In this document: piece by piece, positions 12,194 through 25,075 of the stretch
How positions within the stretch are numbered: position 1 is the first letter of the stretch
How the letters are laid out: each line of letters starts with the position of its first letter
NCBI GenBank assembly: GCA_002269645.1
Contig: NIVC01000359.1
Span: 248,001 to 312,000, forward strand
Reading direction: 5' to 3'
Length of the DNA stretch: 64,000 bases
From: Macrostomum lignano
Taxonomy: Eukaryota
Notes under the pieces: model-generated
What the model was told of the DNA's origin: nothing
The model's input: the letters and a program-made list of their open reading frames with translations, nothing else
Databases searched by the model: none
Translations under genes and position numbers: made by a program

Positions 12194-12945
12194 GGCCAGA
12201 AGCACGAGTTTTCCCCCTTTCGCACCTGCAGCCGATCAAGCTACTGAAATTACATTTACTAAATTCGCTGTGTGAAAGTCGTTGCTTCCTTGAAACCCAT
12301 GATTACCGTCAGGTGTGCTTGAAGCAACTATTCAGTCTGGGGAAGTGACGGACGACCTTCTAAATTCAGTTGCTACAGGCCTGTTGTGTGTCACAGTATG
12401 CAGCTGTTCTTATTCAGTCAAACTGCTCAGAAAATTTTTGAGTCATATGGCTAATGCCATCTTTCAATTGGCTATTTTTAAGCGAGTCAAAGAGTTACTG
12501 CAGGTGGAATTCCAGCAGGTGGCAATGTGCTTCCCGTTCAAAATTCAATTTGTTCTTTCACTTCAACTCGTAATTAACTTCATGTATATCTCTACATTAC
12601 ATACAGGTAACTGCCGCATAGAGGAGGAATGAAGAGAATTCGATGATTTCTGTAACTTTTGATTTGAACTGACACTGAACAATTTGTTGAAACGTTTCGA
12701 AGAAATAAATTCTTTAAAATATTTGGCTAGTTTGGTTAGTTTGGTTAGTCGCTTTGGTTAGTTTGCACTTAACTTTATGGAATAAGTAGCATCGAAAGGA
12801 TATAAAAGTAAAATTTGCTATCAACTTCCTTCCTTCTGGCCCACGTTAAGTTATTCTTAACCGATACCGCTCCGTAAAATGGGTTGATTCGGATGCTATC
12901 GCACAATTTAGTTTGAAGCAAGACCTGGGAGAGTCATTAAATTTA

Positions 12946-13425
12946 TGAGGGAGGGGTGAGCAATAAGTTTCCGGATGTAGACAGAAATAGTAGGAGAAAA
13001 ACTTCAAAGTACTGTCCAGAATACTCAATGCAAAGTTGCATCTGCTCAAACCACGCCCTGGAACAGCTGGACCAGTCTGAAGCAGCTAGGTACTTTCTCA
13101 AAAAGTCACAAGGGGCCAGGTGGGGCTGTAGGGTGAATAGCAAAGTTCTTGGATGCGCTCTCAAGGACTACTATATAACTATATGTTACTTTAGTCGGCC
13201 AGAAACTCCTCACCTGCCGAGTCTTGTGAGAAAGATGCCCCGAGCTCGAGTCCTTTAGCGACGCCTGGAGAGAGCGCTCAGCACTTCTGGTAGTTGGCGC
13301 ACCAGTCATGTGTCTGAATTTTTGCAGCCACTGTACTAAGATATTGTACTTAAACACCTATGATATCAGGTTTCGCCAGTCGCCTCTCAACTATGTACAT
13401 CCAGAAACTTATTGCTCAGCCCTCG
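12946..13425 (-). mobile_element. Internally deleted mariner-type element
   Basis: TIR (t)gagg...tgagcaataagtttccggatgta / tacatccagaaacttattgctcagccctcg, TA at both flanks (12944-12945, 13426-13427); interior minus-strand VQWLQKF...RS resembles a mariner HTH remnant. Confidence 0.65.
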
Positions 13426-14056
13426 TATGGCTACAGTGTACAGCTGAAATTATTTGCGACCTGTGCCCTCATCACAACTGTAATGAAGTTTCTATTAGCA
13501 ATGCAAATGAGCTCGTTTTGTGGTTTCATTGCATGGTTAATTAGTTGTTCAACAGGTGAATGCTTCGCAGTGAAGAAGCGTTAACTCTACGAGTCTGTGA
13601 CTCGGCCCATCAACGTTTATCTGCTTACATTGTTGTGTTGTAGTTTTTTCAGGATATTGTATAACTGTCTTACCGTCGTTTTTGAAAGTTGCTACCAGCC
13701 TTGGGTCATGACGCTTCTCCATGTTAATCAAAGTGCCGATTGTTTTAAGATAAATATAAAGCGTCGTTTGCGTCATGCTATGACAACTATTCCCCCAGTA
13801 ATGTGGAAATTAACTACCATGGTTAAGGCGCATCGAGACGGTGCAATTCAGTAGATCTAAAAAAGTCAAGAAATTTTGCCCGAACCATAATTGTCTTTAA
13901 ATTTAATGATTCTAACGAAACTAGGTCATCAGAACTAGTGCACCCTTTTCTGATACAGTTATTATTTGCCATCCATGATTTATGGTTAAATGAAGCGCTC
14001 GGCAGTTCGTAGTTCTGATTAGGGATTCGATTCCAAAGACAGGCTTTGATCCTCTC

Positions 14057-14312
14057 TTGATGCAGTATCAAGAGGTTGCGCAGTTGGTTCTCCCGGAAGC
14101 CTCAGAGGTTGTGCATGATCCCTTCTCCGCAGCCAGAAGAGCCACAGGAAGGGAACTCTTCTGTGTGCTTCGGTTCATTACCTCGATTCTATCAAATATT
14201 CCACAGGGAAGCTGCTTCCCTTCCTGCCCGCCATCACCCCGCTCCTATGAGCGTCACTTGGTCGTGCAGGAAATGCTACATCTCTAAGACAGTCGACCGG
14301 CTTGTAAATTAA
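14057..14312 (+). mobile_element. Possible Ty3/Gypsy integrase zinc-binding-domain remnant
   Basis: QLVLPEA...VHDPFS in one frame and RFYQIFHRE...SCRKC in another resemble the HHCC region; heavily decayed. Confidence 0.3.
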
Positions 14313-16449
14313 TTTCCCTCTCGGATTTGAAGTCGAACAAAATCGAGTCAGATGCAGTCCGCAGTGAGTAATGGAGTATTTGCTACAAACATTTCCTCGT
14401 AAGTCTGGGGGGATTCGTGCATCAACGAAAGGAAGCAAGATATCTTGAATCGATTTGAACATTTTTGCCATCGGGATTACACCTCGTACTGTTACTAGCT
14501 TGCCGTTATAATATGCATTATCAACAATTTTTTTTCATTTCTTATCGGTTTAATCTGGTTGGTGCTCAAAGTAGGTCAGGACTTGCTTTCGACGGTCTTT
14601 TGCTCCACGAACGAGCATGGCAGGTCAGTTTTCGAGACATTCCTGTCTTGAAACTACGAAAGCTTTTTTCTTCGAAAATGAGGATTCCAGAATACGGGTG
14701 GTCCGAGTCTTAGACTCCTGGTGGACCCACCCTAACTCCCAGCACCGCTAGGCTCCCCGTTTAACATCAGCAACAAACGCAACGCTAAGTCCTTATGGAT
14801 ACTACTATTGGTTTTTGTTTAATATTGCGACATGGGAGTCGGTGTACGCAAAATTAAAGAGCATGGCTGTTTTTTTCCTCGTTGAAAGCAAGACTAAGTG
14901 CGTGAATTTACTGCATATGTATCGTTAACTACGCTGCGAGTGGAGATGAAAATGCACTCAAAGGAAATCTAATTTTTTGTAGTTGGGAATAGCTTAAAGA
15001 GTAACAAAGATTTGCGTTTACGCTACTGTTAGTAGTTTCAGTTCCAGAAATTTAGATTGGTTACTTAAGGCGTTGTGGGATTTTCTATAGATAAACTGCT
15101 ATGGGCTCCCGGGAAAGCATATAATCCTGTCCGTTGGGTCGGGATCGCCTAGGTCTAACTTAGAAAAAAAGAGGTCTTCAAATAAAGGGAGTCAAGCTCA
15201 AGCACCCATAGAAGGAAAATTTAGGTGTCAATTACCGTTCCGTATCAAGGTTACATGTATGATGTAAAATTATTCTTTTAATGATGGAGTCTTTATAAAA
15301 AATAAACTATAATGGCTTCCTGTCCTCATTCTTTAATCCAACATGATAGGATTAAGGAAGCTTAGAGCTGGTGGCGTCGAACCATCGAATCCCAACCAAT
15401 ACAAAAATGCACCAGAGTGAATAAAATAACCAGTAAACTAGGCCAAACAGTCACCATTGCATATTAATGACGGATGTTTTTTCCTTCCTATCTAAGATCT
15501 CGAGTGCACATCTGTCACGGACAGAAAGGCCGTAGAAACGTAAAATAAAAGCTGTAAAACCGTGCAGTTACGAGTATCTGTATGTGTTGGTATCGTTTTA
15601 ACCGGAGTAGCAGTAAGAAGTAATTCCATTAGTTTATTGGCGCGTGTCAAGAGCGGGAGATGCCGTCAGGCGATGGTATATTTTTAGCTAGAATAATTGT
15701 CACAACCGATTTTTGACACGACACCGACTGTTTAAACTGCACTTCCATGCTTCTTTTGCTTTTTCTGGATCAGAGATAAGCCAGTTTTGACTAGGAGTTA
15801 GCTTAGCAACGCCAAAAGACAGAATAAATAGTGAAAAATGCATCAAGGCTCAAAATCGGGCCGTACCATCTACTTAGAAAATTTATGGGCTCGTTTGTGT
15901 GCAGGAAAATATGGCCATTTACCCACGATTAATATAGGATGCGATACAATTTGCAACACGACTTTCAATACATAAGAAGTGTACACGCGTGTATATACGA
16001 GTGTATATGCTTTATGAGCTTACTCGCAAAAGGTTTAAAGGTTCTAAATAGTTTAAAGGCTTCCTGTCGACATGATTTCAATGAACGTTAAGGTAGAAAC
16101 TGCAATACCACTGAAATCTACTTTTCCTGCTTAAAAGTCTGTAGCGATGGTGCAAGCGTTCCAACCCGACCGATTAATCACCCTTTTAAGACAAACAAAG
16201 CTCTACAGAACACCCAATAAGACACCCATGGCATGCTCAAGCGTTTTTTCCAACAATTTCAAATTAAATTAACTAGTTAACTAGATTATAGCGTAAGAGG
16301 CCTTGCAGCCCATGCTCTATATTCGTCGCCCATTAGCTCATACCGGTACCTGGTCCTTCACTGGCATATTTACATGTTCACACAAGACCTGCCCATGCTG
16401 GAATACATTTATAAAATTCGCCGTACACCAAAGTTTTTCTACGTTCGCT

Positions 16450-16730
16450 CTTCGAACCGGATGTCTGTTCGGGGATGAAATGGGTCTCTTCGAACCGGAT
16501 GGCTGCTCGGAGATGAAATGGGTCTCTTCGAACCAGATGTCTGCTCGGAGATGAAATGGGTCTCTTCGAACCAGATGTCTGCTCGGAGATGAAATGGGTC
16601 TCTTCGAACCAGATGTCTGCTCGGAGATGAAATGGGTCTCTTCGAACCGGATGGCTGCTCGGAGATGAAATGGGTCTCTTCGAACCGGATGGCTGCTCGG
16701 AGATGAAATGGGTCTCTTCGAACCGGATGG
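16450..16730. repeat. 38-bp minisatellite, about 7 copies
   Basis: Unit cttcgaaccggatggctgctcggagatgaaatgggtct. Confidence 0.95.
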
Positions 16731-17565
16731 CACACTTTTATTGGACAGAAGCCGATTCAAAAACAGACAGATGTCCTTCTAAAGCAGACACAATATTTTG
16801 TATTTCGCAGGATACGACTGACTACTAGCCGAAAACCCTTATTTTTTAATCTCTTACTGTGGCGACTTGTATATTTGACAACAATATTGAATTGATAGAA
16901 AAGGTACTAAAACGCGAAATAGCAATTGTACATGCATGCAACATGTGTAAGCGACAGTGTACGCACCAACGAATTTACAGAGGAGATAAAATAGCTAGAG
17001 CAGCACAACCCCTAACACAGACACGAAACAACCCAGCACCAACACCCTGGACACACGCGACACCCGCCACACGCTACCACAACTACTCGTACCCGTACTC
17101 GCAACTAGATTTCCGTTGCAAAGGATGCTCTTGCACCACGTCAAAAAGCTCTTCATATCTATTAAAACGGCACTAGCTACTTTATCAAAAAATTCAGGAT
17201 GCATTAAAACCCTCTAATGGGTTCTAAGAAAAAGGGTCTTTTAAGGTCTCTTATCTTAGAGACCACAGTTTGCATTCATGTAGTCAGTTAGGCCAGTATT
17301 GTAACAGGAGACGTTTATTAATCCATAAAAGATTCAATCGGATCTTCCTCCAGGACCAAAGCCGACCTTGAAAAATAAATCACAAACAAGGACATACGAC
17401 AGCGATTTTTAGCTAAATCCGGTAGAATAGCCAGTCAACAGGGCAGTATGTTGACAAATCCAGATTCAAATTAAAAAACACAGCGATTGGATAACAAAAT
17501 CGGTAAATTCATATTTAAATCAAAACAGCCAGCTGTGTCAGTAATACCAACCGAGAATCACACTG

Positions 17566-18579
17566 ATGGAACTCGCAGCCAATTCGACCCTGAACGGCAA
17601 CTCAAATGCCTCGGACACCTCATCGTTGCAGAAGCTACAGCTGATTAGTGCCCTTCGCTACAAAAATAGCCGGGCCGTGAACAGCGTACAGTTGGTGGCC
17701 GCCCTCGCATCTCTGTGCGCCAACTCGCTCACCATCTACGCCGTCTCGAGATCCAACCTGCTGCGCGCAAAGTCCTTCTACATCCTGGTGGCGAACCTCG
17801 CCGTCGCGGACGCCTTTCTGGCGATCGGCTACATCTACGTGACTATAAGGCGTTGTCATGACGACCTGGTCGGCCTCGGAAACCTCCGGACAGAACGCGA
17901 ATGTCTGCTAGACGTTGTTCCTCTGATGCTGGGCATCGTCGGCTCCATCATTTTTACTGCGGCCACCTGCTTCGACCGAGCATTCGCTGTGCTCGTTCCG
18001 CACCGGTACAGCCGGAAGCGGGCCGCCTACCCGTGGCCTGTGGTGCCCGTCGCCTGGTTGTGCGCTGTGGCGGACGTGACGGCCCTGTCACTCACGCTGG
18101 ACAATCCAGGCAGGATCACTACAATGTGCACCATTGTTGAGGTCACAGGTGACAACTACAATGTCTGGAACCTGTCGTCCACTCTACTGTATAGTTGTTT
18201 AGCCATGGTGCTAAGTGGAGTCTGCATTGTTCGTCTCTGGCTGATGATCCGACGTCGTGGAGCAACAGGGTCCTCGCAGGAGCTGCGTGATAGTGTGTAT
18301 AGTGTTGCGATTGTTGGCAGCCTGGTGTTCTGCACTCAGGTGGTGTCCAGAGTCTGTCTTTTGTACATTGTAAACCTTCCCAGAAGCCAGCGTTCGGCCT
18401 ACAGCGGTCTTGCTCGACTGCCGCAGTTACTGTGTGGTGCCGCCAACTTCTGGGTGCACCTGACTAGATCTGGCGTCTTTCGTCGCGAGGTACAGACGCG
18501 GCTCGGGGTGGTCAACTGCTGCAGCAACTCCGTAAGCTTTTTAAAAATAAGCAGAGTGAAGGCGGTTAATATTTTTTGA
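17566..18579 (+). CDS. Class A 7TM receptor, paralog B (C-terminus may be spliced at 18532)
   Basis: 337-aa ORF with the same NLAVAD / DRAFAV / W motifs as paralog A; N-terminal sequons NST and NAS. Confidence 0.85.
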   Translation: MELAANSTLNGNSNASDTSSLQKLQLISALRYKNSRAVNSVQLVAALASLCANSLTIYAVSRSNLLRAKSFYILVANLAVADAFLAIGYIYVTIRRCHDDLVGLGNLRTERECLLDVVPLMLGIVGSIIFTAATCFDRAFAVLVPHRYSRKRAAYPWPVVPVAWLCAVADVTALSLTLDNPGRITTMCTIVEVTGDNYNVWNLSSTLLYSCLAMVLSGVCIVRLWLMIRRRGATGSSQELRDSVYSVAIVGSLVFCTQVVSRVCLLYIVNLPRSQRSAYSGLARLPQLLCGAANFWVHLTRSGVFRREVQTRLGVVNCCSNSVSFLKISRVKAVNIF

Positions 18580-19639
18580 TTTGAATTCTTTCGTCCCTTT
18601 CATAGGATGATGTTAGAACGATAGAGAGCGATAGGCATTATCTTGTTGATTACTGCGCATGCTGATTGCTGCCGCAACAGGTTAAGATGCTTGAGTAAGT
18701 CCAATTCAACATTCAGAAGGCTCTTTGCTAACACATTCTATTTTTTTAAAATTGGTCAAAAAGTGGTCATTGACGCAAACAGTGCAGAACCGGTCTAGAT
18801 CTGGAAAAGTTGTAAAATTTTGTTAAAATTCAGGCCCGCCCCCCCCCGTCCAACGCCCATAGGGTCTTCACCCCCGGGGATTCCTGGTACCCCTTTGTTA
18901 CTGAAAGAGGTTGAAAGGAGGTGAGAGGTTGCTTTGGTAACGAATCCGTCACAAACATTGTATTCGTGCGCAGCGTGGAACTGAAGACAACCTTCGCTAA
19001 AAATCGTGACTAAATTAGCCTATCCGGGTGGGGTTCGCCAGCTGGCTCTGGCCGGATCGCGCCGGATTTAATCATAGCAAAGGCTGTGCTCTGTCTAGCT
19101 ATATTTTCAATCAAGAAATCAAGCAGCTCCCAATTTACGATTTCGCGTACACGGGCATTTGACCGAGTTTAATCAGGAAAAATTGAAAGACTAATAAATG
19201 GCCATGATTTCGCCCCCCCCGCAGGAGGATGTATGTTAGGTGCCAGCTCAAAATTCGATTGATCATTTTTAACTAACTGCTACTCATTTGCAAATTATTT
19301 CACTCACAGCAGACGAAGCAGCCTCATGTGAGCCCAGCTTGAAAGGCTAATAGCTATACATCGCTTTTTTCCCGAATAATTGCTACCTGTCAGTGGCTTG
19401 CTAAAATCGGGACAATCAATGCATCACTCTAACCATTCATCCACCAATCCGTCTGTTCAATGATGAATAAAATTTCAGAGAAAAAAAGAGTATCTAGCTA
19501 CCACTCATTATTTAAATTGATTTGTTTCTTTGCGATTTGGCTGAACACTTCTATTCTGGCTATCACTTTTACATTTTTTGATAGCTATCTTTTTATCTTT
19601 TTTTTAGAGGCAGGGGGTTGTGTGCACCCTGGTGCACTT

Positions 19640-19955
19640 TAAGCGACATAGGCACACAACCGGCGAGAGGCATTACTGCCCATTCCGCCGACACCCCTGA
19701 GCAGGCATACAAGCGCGCGGATACGTACGCAGGCACACACTCACACAGGAGTGTACAGCGGCCCTAACTTTATATTATCGTTAGGCATGTACACTTCACT
19801 GCGCCTTGGGGGGTTGGCTCTCAAGGCCGTTAATTGCACGAGCAGAGCCAAGCTGAGATTCCAATTCAGCCCCAAATTAATGTGGCTGCGCTTGGAATCG
19901 AGCCTGGGTTGCTGGCACACCAGAGCAGCTGCGCTACCGCTGGGCTATGGCCCCC
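19640..19955 (-). mobile_element. tRNA-derived SINE, family 1
   Basis: Minus-strand head ggggccatagcccagcggtag...ggctcgattcc (A and B boxes); body gtgtacagcggccct...aggcatgtacac shared with 20690-21108. Confidence 0.6.
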
Positions 19956-20689
19956 CTATCTTTTTTATCTCTCCGTATATCTTCCATATGATCGCTCCCT
20001 GCTATCTTTTCTTTAATCTCTTCCCTACTCTTATTTAATTTAATCACTTCCTATCTTTTTCACCTTTGATATCTCTCACATCTCTCGGCTTTTGATCCCC
20101 TCCGCGTATTTGTCCAGCTAGATGATTATATCTCTCGATCTCTCACTTAATCTGAGCCTAGCCCCTCCTCGCCTCTCCATCCTTCCTGGTTCAATCCTGC
20201 TCGCTCCTTCTCTTGCTTTCTCTTCTATTTTTCGCCGTGAACGAGTTCTCCTCCCATAGGAGACTAATCTCGTATTTCTCGTATCTCGTATCTACGAGCG
20301 TATGTAGCCTTCTTCTTGATTCTTTCCAATCTTCCGTTCTCATGCTCAAGGTAGACATTTTTCTGTTTCTAGTGTAGCAGCAAGCGCGCTTCTATACATG
20401 ATACAAACCACTGGTTTCGAATGGAACCTATCATTACTGCAGGAGGATTCGATTGTATACTCTCCGTATGTTCAAATATCTTATTCTGCAAATAGAAAGG
20501 AAAGGATATAGAAGTACACAGAAATTTCTTCTTTTAAGCTGACTATAACTGCTTTTCCGTTTCAGGTAGCCGCCGCCACGTAGTTATGCCTCGAACGATA
20601 CAGATTCGACTGAACTCTACTCTGAAGAGTCTGAGGACTGGCAGTGTCTCAGCATCTGATTATCTATTTTAAGACATCTATAGCGAAAA

Positions 20690-21108
20690 TTATTGCTTTC
20701 TCGAGCGTTTTAAGCGTTGGAACCAATATCTACGTCTGGTTGCGATTGGGCCCATAAATAAACACTCGCAGGAGGGCTGCGGCCACCCTGGCACAAGGCC
20801 TTCGGCGACATCTTCCCACAACCAGCAGTGACGCGGCAATTCTGCCCGTCCCGCTGACTCCTGAGCACAATGCAAGCCCGCCAATACCTTACGCAGGCAC
20901 TCATGCACACGCTCACTCAGGGTGTACAGCGGCCCTGACTGTCTAATCGCCAGGCATGTACACTCTCTGTGCTTTGGGAGGTTGGCCCTCATGGGTGTGA
21001 CTCGCACGACATCCCAGTGGCCAATTTTCGTGCCCAAATGTGGTGGCGCACGGAATCGAACCAGGGGTCGCGGCGCGAGAGTCGGAGGCGTTTACCGCAG
21101 AGCTGCTC
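20690..21108 (-). mobile_element. tRNA-derived SINE, family 1
   Basis: Minus-strand head with B box ggttcgattcc; body homologous to 19640-19955. Confidence 0.6.
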
Positions 21109-21217
21109 TGCCCTCTTTGTGATTGGGTAATTTAGGATATTCTTTTCGAATAGCTAGTTAGAGTAAACTTAATTGTTGATTATTCTAGTTGAGTTTAGTT
21201 CAGTATTTCTCTTGAAT

Positions 21218-22595
21218 ATTTATAGGAAAGTTTTGTTTTTATAGTTCCCCCAGTGAACGATCCGAGCCCGACGCCACCGAGCGAGCGAACCCGAGGCTAA
21301 CCGTATCGGCCGAAGGCTATAGCAGAGAGGAGAGAAAAGAGGAGAGAAGAGAGGAGAGAGAGTAGAGAGGAGGGACAATAGATAAGAGAGTACAAATGAA
21401 ATATTTGATAGGAGAGGAGAGAAGAAAGGGGGAGTTACGAGAGCAGAGTGGAGGGAGAAGAGAGGAGAGAGGAGAGAGTAGAGAGGGGAGAGGGGAGAGA
21501 GGATAGGAGATATGAGAAATAAGAGCAGTGAAAAGAGAAGAGATGAGAGGAGAGATAAAGTAGAAAGGAGAGACAATTTAGATAAGAGAGTAGAAATGAG
21601 AGATGAGAGAGGAGAGGAGAGAAGCGAGAGGAGAGAGGCTGAGCGCGGCAAAAAGGTGGTAGGCGGTAGGCGCAAGATCTGGGCTGTAAGGTGGGTGGGG
21701 AAGAACCTCCTAACCCAGTGCCAGTAGCTTCTCGCGGGTTGACCGAGCCTTGTGCGCCGGTGCGTTGTCATGCAGCAGGATGACAGTTCTGGGCGCTTCT
21801 CGGCCAAAGCCTGTTGCAATTAAATGGTCTAGCTGCTGCTGATAGCAGTTGGCAGTGATGGTCTGATTCTCGGACAGCAGCTCCCGCATCACAGTTCCTT
21901 TGGCGTCCCAGAAGACAGACAGCATGAGCTTCTTGGGGTGAAGCTCGCCCTTTGGCTCGCACACTGGCTACTCACCAGGGCCACACCACTGTCGCCTGCG
22001 ACGGACATTGAGATAAAGACACCACTACTCATCCCCAGTGATCACATCGTCTAGCCAGTCAGTTCGGTGAGATCGCCTGAGAGAGAATGGGTAACTTCCA
22101 TGCGGCTATCCAGGTTACGGGCTGCCAGCTTGTGCGGCACCCAGCACCCGAGTTTAGCTTTCATCTCCATCCGGCGGAGATGATCGGCGACGGTCGTCCA
22201 GTGCACGTTCAGCTGATCAGCCAACTCGCGTGTCGTCTGCTGATTGTTCTCCGCGAGGAGCGCTTCCAGTGCATTGTCATCGAGTTCAGGTGGACGCCCA
22301 CTGCGAGGTCTGTCCTCAAGGCCCATGCAGTTCTCCATTCTTGAAGCGCTTGTACCAATCGTACACCGTGGAGGTCTTGACGGTGGACCAGCCGAATGCG
22401 AGGTTGATGTCGGCAATGAAATCTGCCGCCTTCTTGCCGCGAAGGAAATCATACAGCATCAAGAGCCGAAGCTGATCTGTGGTCAATGGGTTAGATTGCG
22501 CCATATTAGTGCTGAAGCAAGGTTTGATCCATATAGTGCGGTTGCAGAGTACAAATGTTCAAATGTTAAAAAAATCCGAGAACTTTCCCTACAAT
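21218..22595 (-). mobile_element. Mariner (D,D34D) transposon with pseudogenised transposase (ATG at 22504)
   Basis: Motifs RSGRP, WVPHKL, ITGDE, LHPKKLMLSVFWD, LLHDNAPAH, HPPYSPDLAP across frameshifts and stops; imperfect TIR ttataggaaagtt / aactttccctacaa. Confidence 0.9.
21324..21638. repeat. GA-rich low-complexity tract inside the mariner transposase
   Basis: Degenerate (GAGAG/AGAGG)n sequence interrupting the transposase C-terminus. Confidence 0.85.
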
Positions 22596-22829
22596 CAGAT
22601 TTAACGAGCTAGCGGATGTACCAAAGTTTTCAAGCTTAAAAAGCGAATCAATATGGCTTCTAAAGGTGTTGCAGAATATTTAATGCTGTTGTTTACATGG
22701 TCACTACGTACATATTTTTTCAACCATTTTATTTGTGTTCTTTTAGTTAGCAAATTAAATAAACAATTTCAAGCTTTTTCTATTTCAAACATAGCTGTAT
22801 TTGAGTCTGCGACAATAAATCGACTACAC

Positions 22830-22950
22830 AATTTGACTGCCAAACTTATAACTCAAACCTAAACCTACCCTAAATCATGACCCAAACAAAACCTTAAATC
22901 TACCTCCAACCCAAATATATTAGCTCTAAACCTAAATTTCTAAATAGCTA
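22830..22950. repeat. Degenerate telomere-like (CCCTAA-like) tract
   Basis: aaacctaaacctaccctaaa...aaaccttaaa...aacccaaa...aaacctaaa. Confidence 0.45.
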
Positions 22951-23815
22951 TAAAATTTACAGCAGTAAAATCACCCTGCTATTCTCACAATCTTTCATTG
23001 ATAATTATAAAATCGTTAGATTTCCTGTCAGTCTAGTGTATCAGTGACATTGCTTTTTCATACCAAAATATTCCTTCAGCTTTACCAGATCTTCAATGTA
23101 GTGAATAGCACTGTGTTCGCGCCCATCTACCTTGATCTTCGAATACAAGTCAGATGCAATCTACCTGCACTATTTTTACAACATTGTGCTAATGTGTTTG
23201 TGTTAAAACTGCATAACGGATAATATTTTTGCAAAGAAACAGGATTAGCGTACGCATTCAAATTAGTGTAATTGTATTATTCTGTACGCCGATTTTCTAG
23301 TCCAGAAAGTCAACATACTTAAATAACTTTTGATTTTAATATTATGTATTATCGGTTTTCTAGACCAGATTGTCAAAGCAAAATTTAACAAGTTTAAATA
23401 TCTTTTAATTTTTTATTCCGCATCGCCGTCTATCTATATTCAAGATTATCAAAACAAAAATAAAACTACATACTCGTTTGAAAAATTGCTATAGGGAGAT
23501 GTACAATTCATTGACCAAAGGAAAACATGGGTGTATGTCATTTCAATTTCAAGGCCCCTTTGAAATTGATTTAGCTGTGGCTTCTCTATTGAACCCAACC
23601 CACTTAAATGAGAAAACGATTTTAATAGGTTATTAATTTCTGTTTGCCGGGATGCTTTTTTATACCAAAAGCCGAATTTTCTGACTTGAACGAAGCCCAT
23701 TTCGCTACAAATGTACAGGACAAGAGAATGCTACTGCTCTGATTGGCTGAGCTAAAAACCACCAAGACCCACCCCGTGTCTGGATCGCCCACTTATTTCA
23801 AACTGAGTTTTCTGG

Positions 23816-24017
23816 CAGTGGCGTACGCAGGGGAGGTGGGTGGGGGGCCGCCCCCCCCCCTAATTGCCTGGGGTGGTGACTTGACGGAGGTCTTGCCGGA
23901 GGCGACTAGCCAGAGAAAACCCCATAAAAAGGTCCTTTGTTGGTGCAGATGGACGATACTCCCCCTGGTCTGTCGGCGCCGCCCCCCCCCCCAATGGAAA
24001 TCCTGCGTACGCTACTG
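23816..24017. mobile_element. 202-bp hAT-like MITE
   Basis: TIR cagtggcgtacgcagg / cctgcgtacgctactg; 8-bp TSD ttttctgg at 23808-23815 and 24018-24025. Confidence 0.9.
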
Positions 24018-24845
24018 TTTTCTGGAGGGCATTGTAATATTTCAAGATTTTTTAAATCGGTCCGGTTTTACTTCAAATTAAAGTAGTATCGATTTTGGAG
24101 CCGCGCAAGCCAGACTGCATCACTTAATAACACTCATTTTAGTGTCGCAGCCACTCTTTTTGGCGCCATTCACTTTTTAGTACCATAGGTCACTCATTTT
24201 AGCGCTAAAGGGCACTCATTAAAGCGCCTCCTGGTAGCTTGATGATAACAAGAGAGATTTGCATTAAGTTACATGTACATAATTGAGTTAAACGCATGTC
24301 TTCCTGTCTCCCCCGTGGTGACGCCCTAACAACGTCTCATGAAGATGAGAATCTTTGAAATGAATCTTTAAGAATCCGGAGAAATGGATGCAGAAATTAA
24401 AGAAGATAATCTTCCAATACTTCTAAGGCTCAGATGCAAAGTAGGACAGCTGTCATAAGTCGGAGAAAAAAAGAGTAAAATTGCTTTTTGCCATAAATCA
24501 TAAAAGCAGCTATAGACAGCCACGCATGTGAATCAAATATCCACACGGGCAGACCTATATATTTCCGTAAACATTTGAAACAGGAACCTAAAACTCGGAC
24601 ACTGAGACATCGAATGAATTAGACAAAAAGCAGGATAGAGGATGGAATGGGTAATAGATTAAAACCCTAAGCGGTGCTACTTGTAGTAAGTTGTTCAAAA
24701 ATAATGTGTGACGAAGGAGTTCAAAATGTACGAGTATTTTGGCTAATTTAACTATTGGTGTATTAATGTATTTGCTGGTTTTGTCTCGCATAGAGACGCC
24801 GAACCGCAGTACCCTGTGACACTTGTCTCTGCCTGGCTGAAAGCT

Positions 24846-25075
24846 TGTAATGAGTTAGTAGGCTGGGTAATAGTCGATCAGGAAGGGCTGTGGGTAGCTG
24901 TATAGGAAGGCAGGCCTATACCTGTTCCAGTTGATGCTCTGACGGTCTCCCTCGGAGTGTCCTCTGGTGAACAGACCAGCGATTCTATTAAAGCTGGAGT
25001 GTGCCAGGACCAGGACTGAGTCTGAGCAGGACGGGGCCGTTGGCACGGCCACTATTACAATGGCGGGTTGGCGAA
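24846..25075 (+). mobile_element. Candidate 214-bp LTR followed by a PBS-like motif
   Basis: tgtaat (24846) ... attaca (25059) inverted termini, internal attaaa, then a-TGGCG. No second LTR or gag ORF found. Confidence 0.4.

Noticed and set aside
12956-13258. 100-aa ORF as a host gene
   Set aside because: It starts inside a mariner TIR and lies within the deleted element.
16858-17071. Possible solo LTR (tgtggcg...cgccaca)
   Set aside because: 7-bp inverted ends but no TSD, PBS or partner copy.
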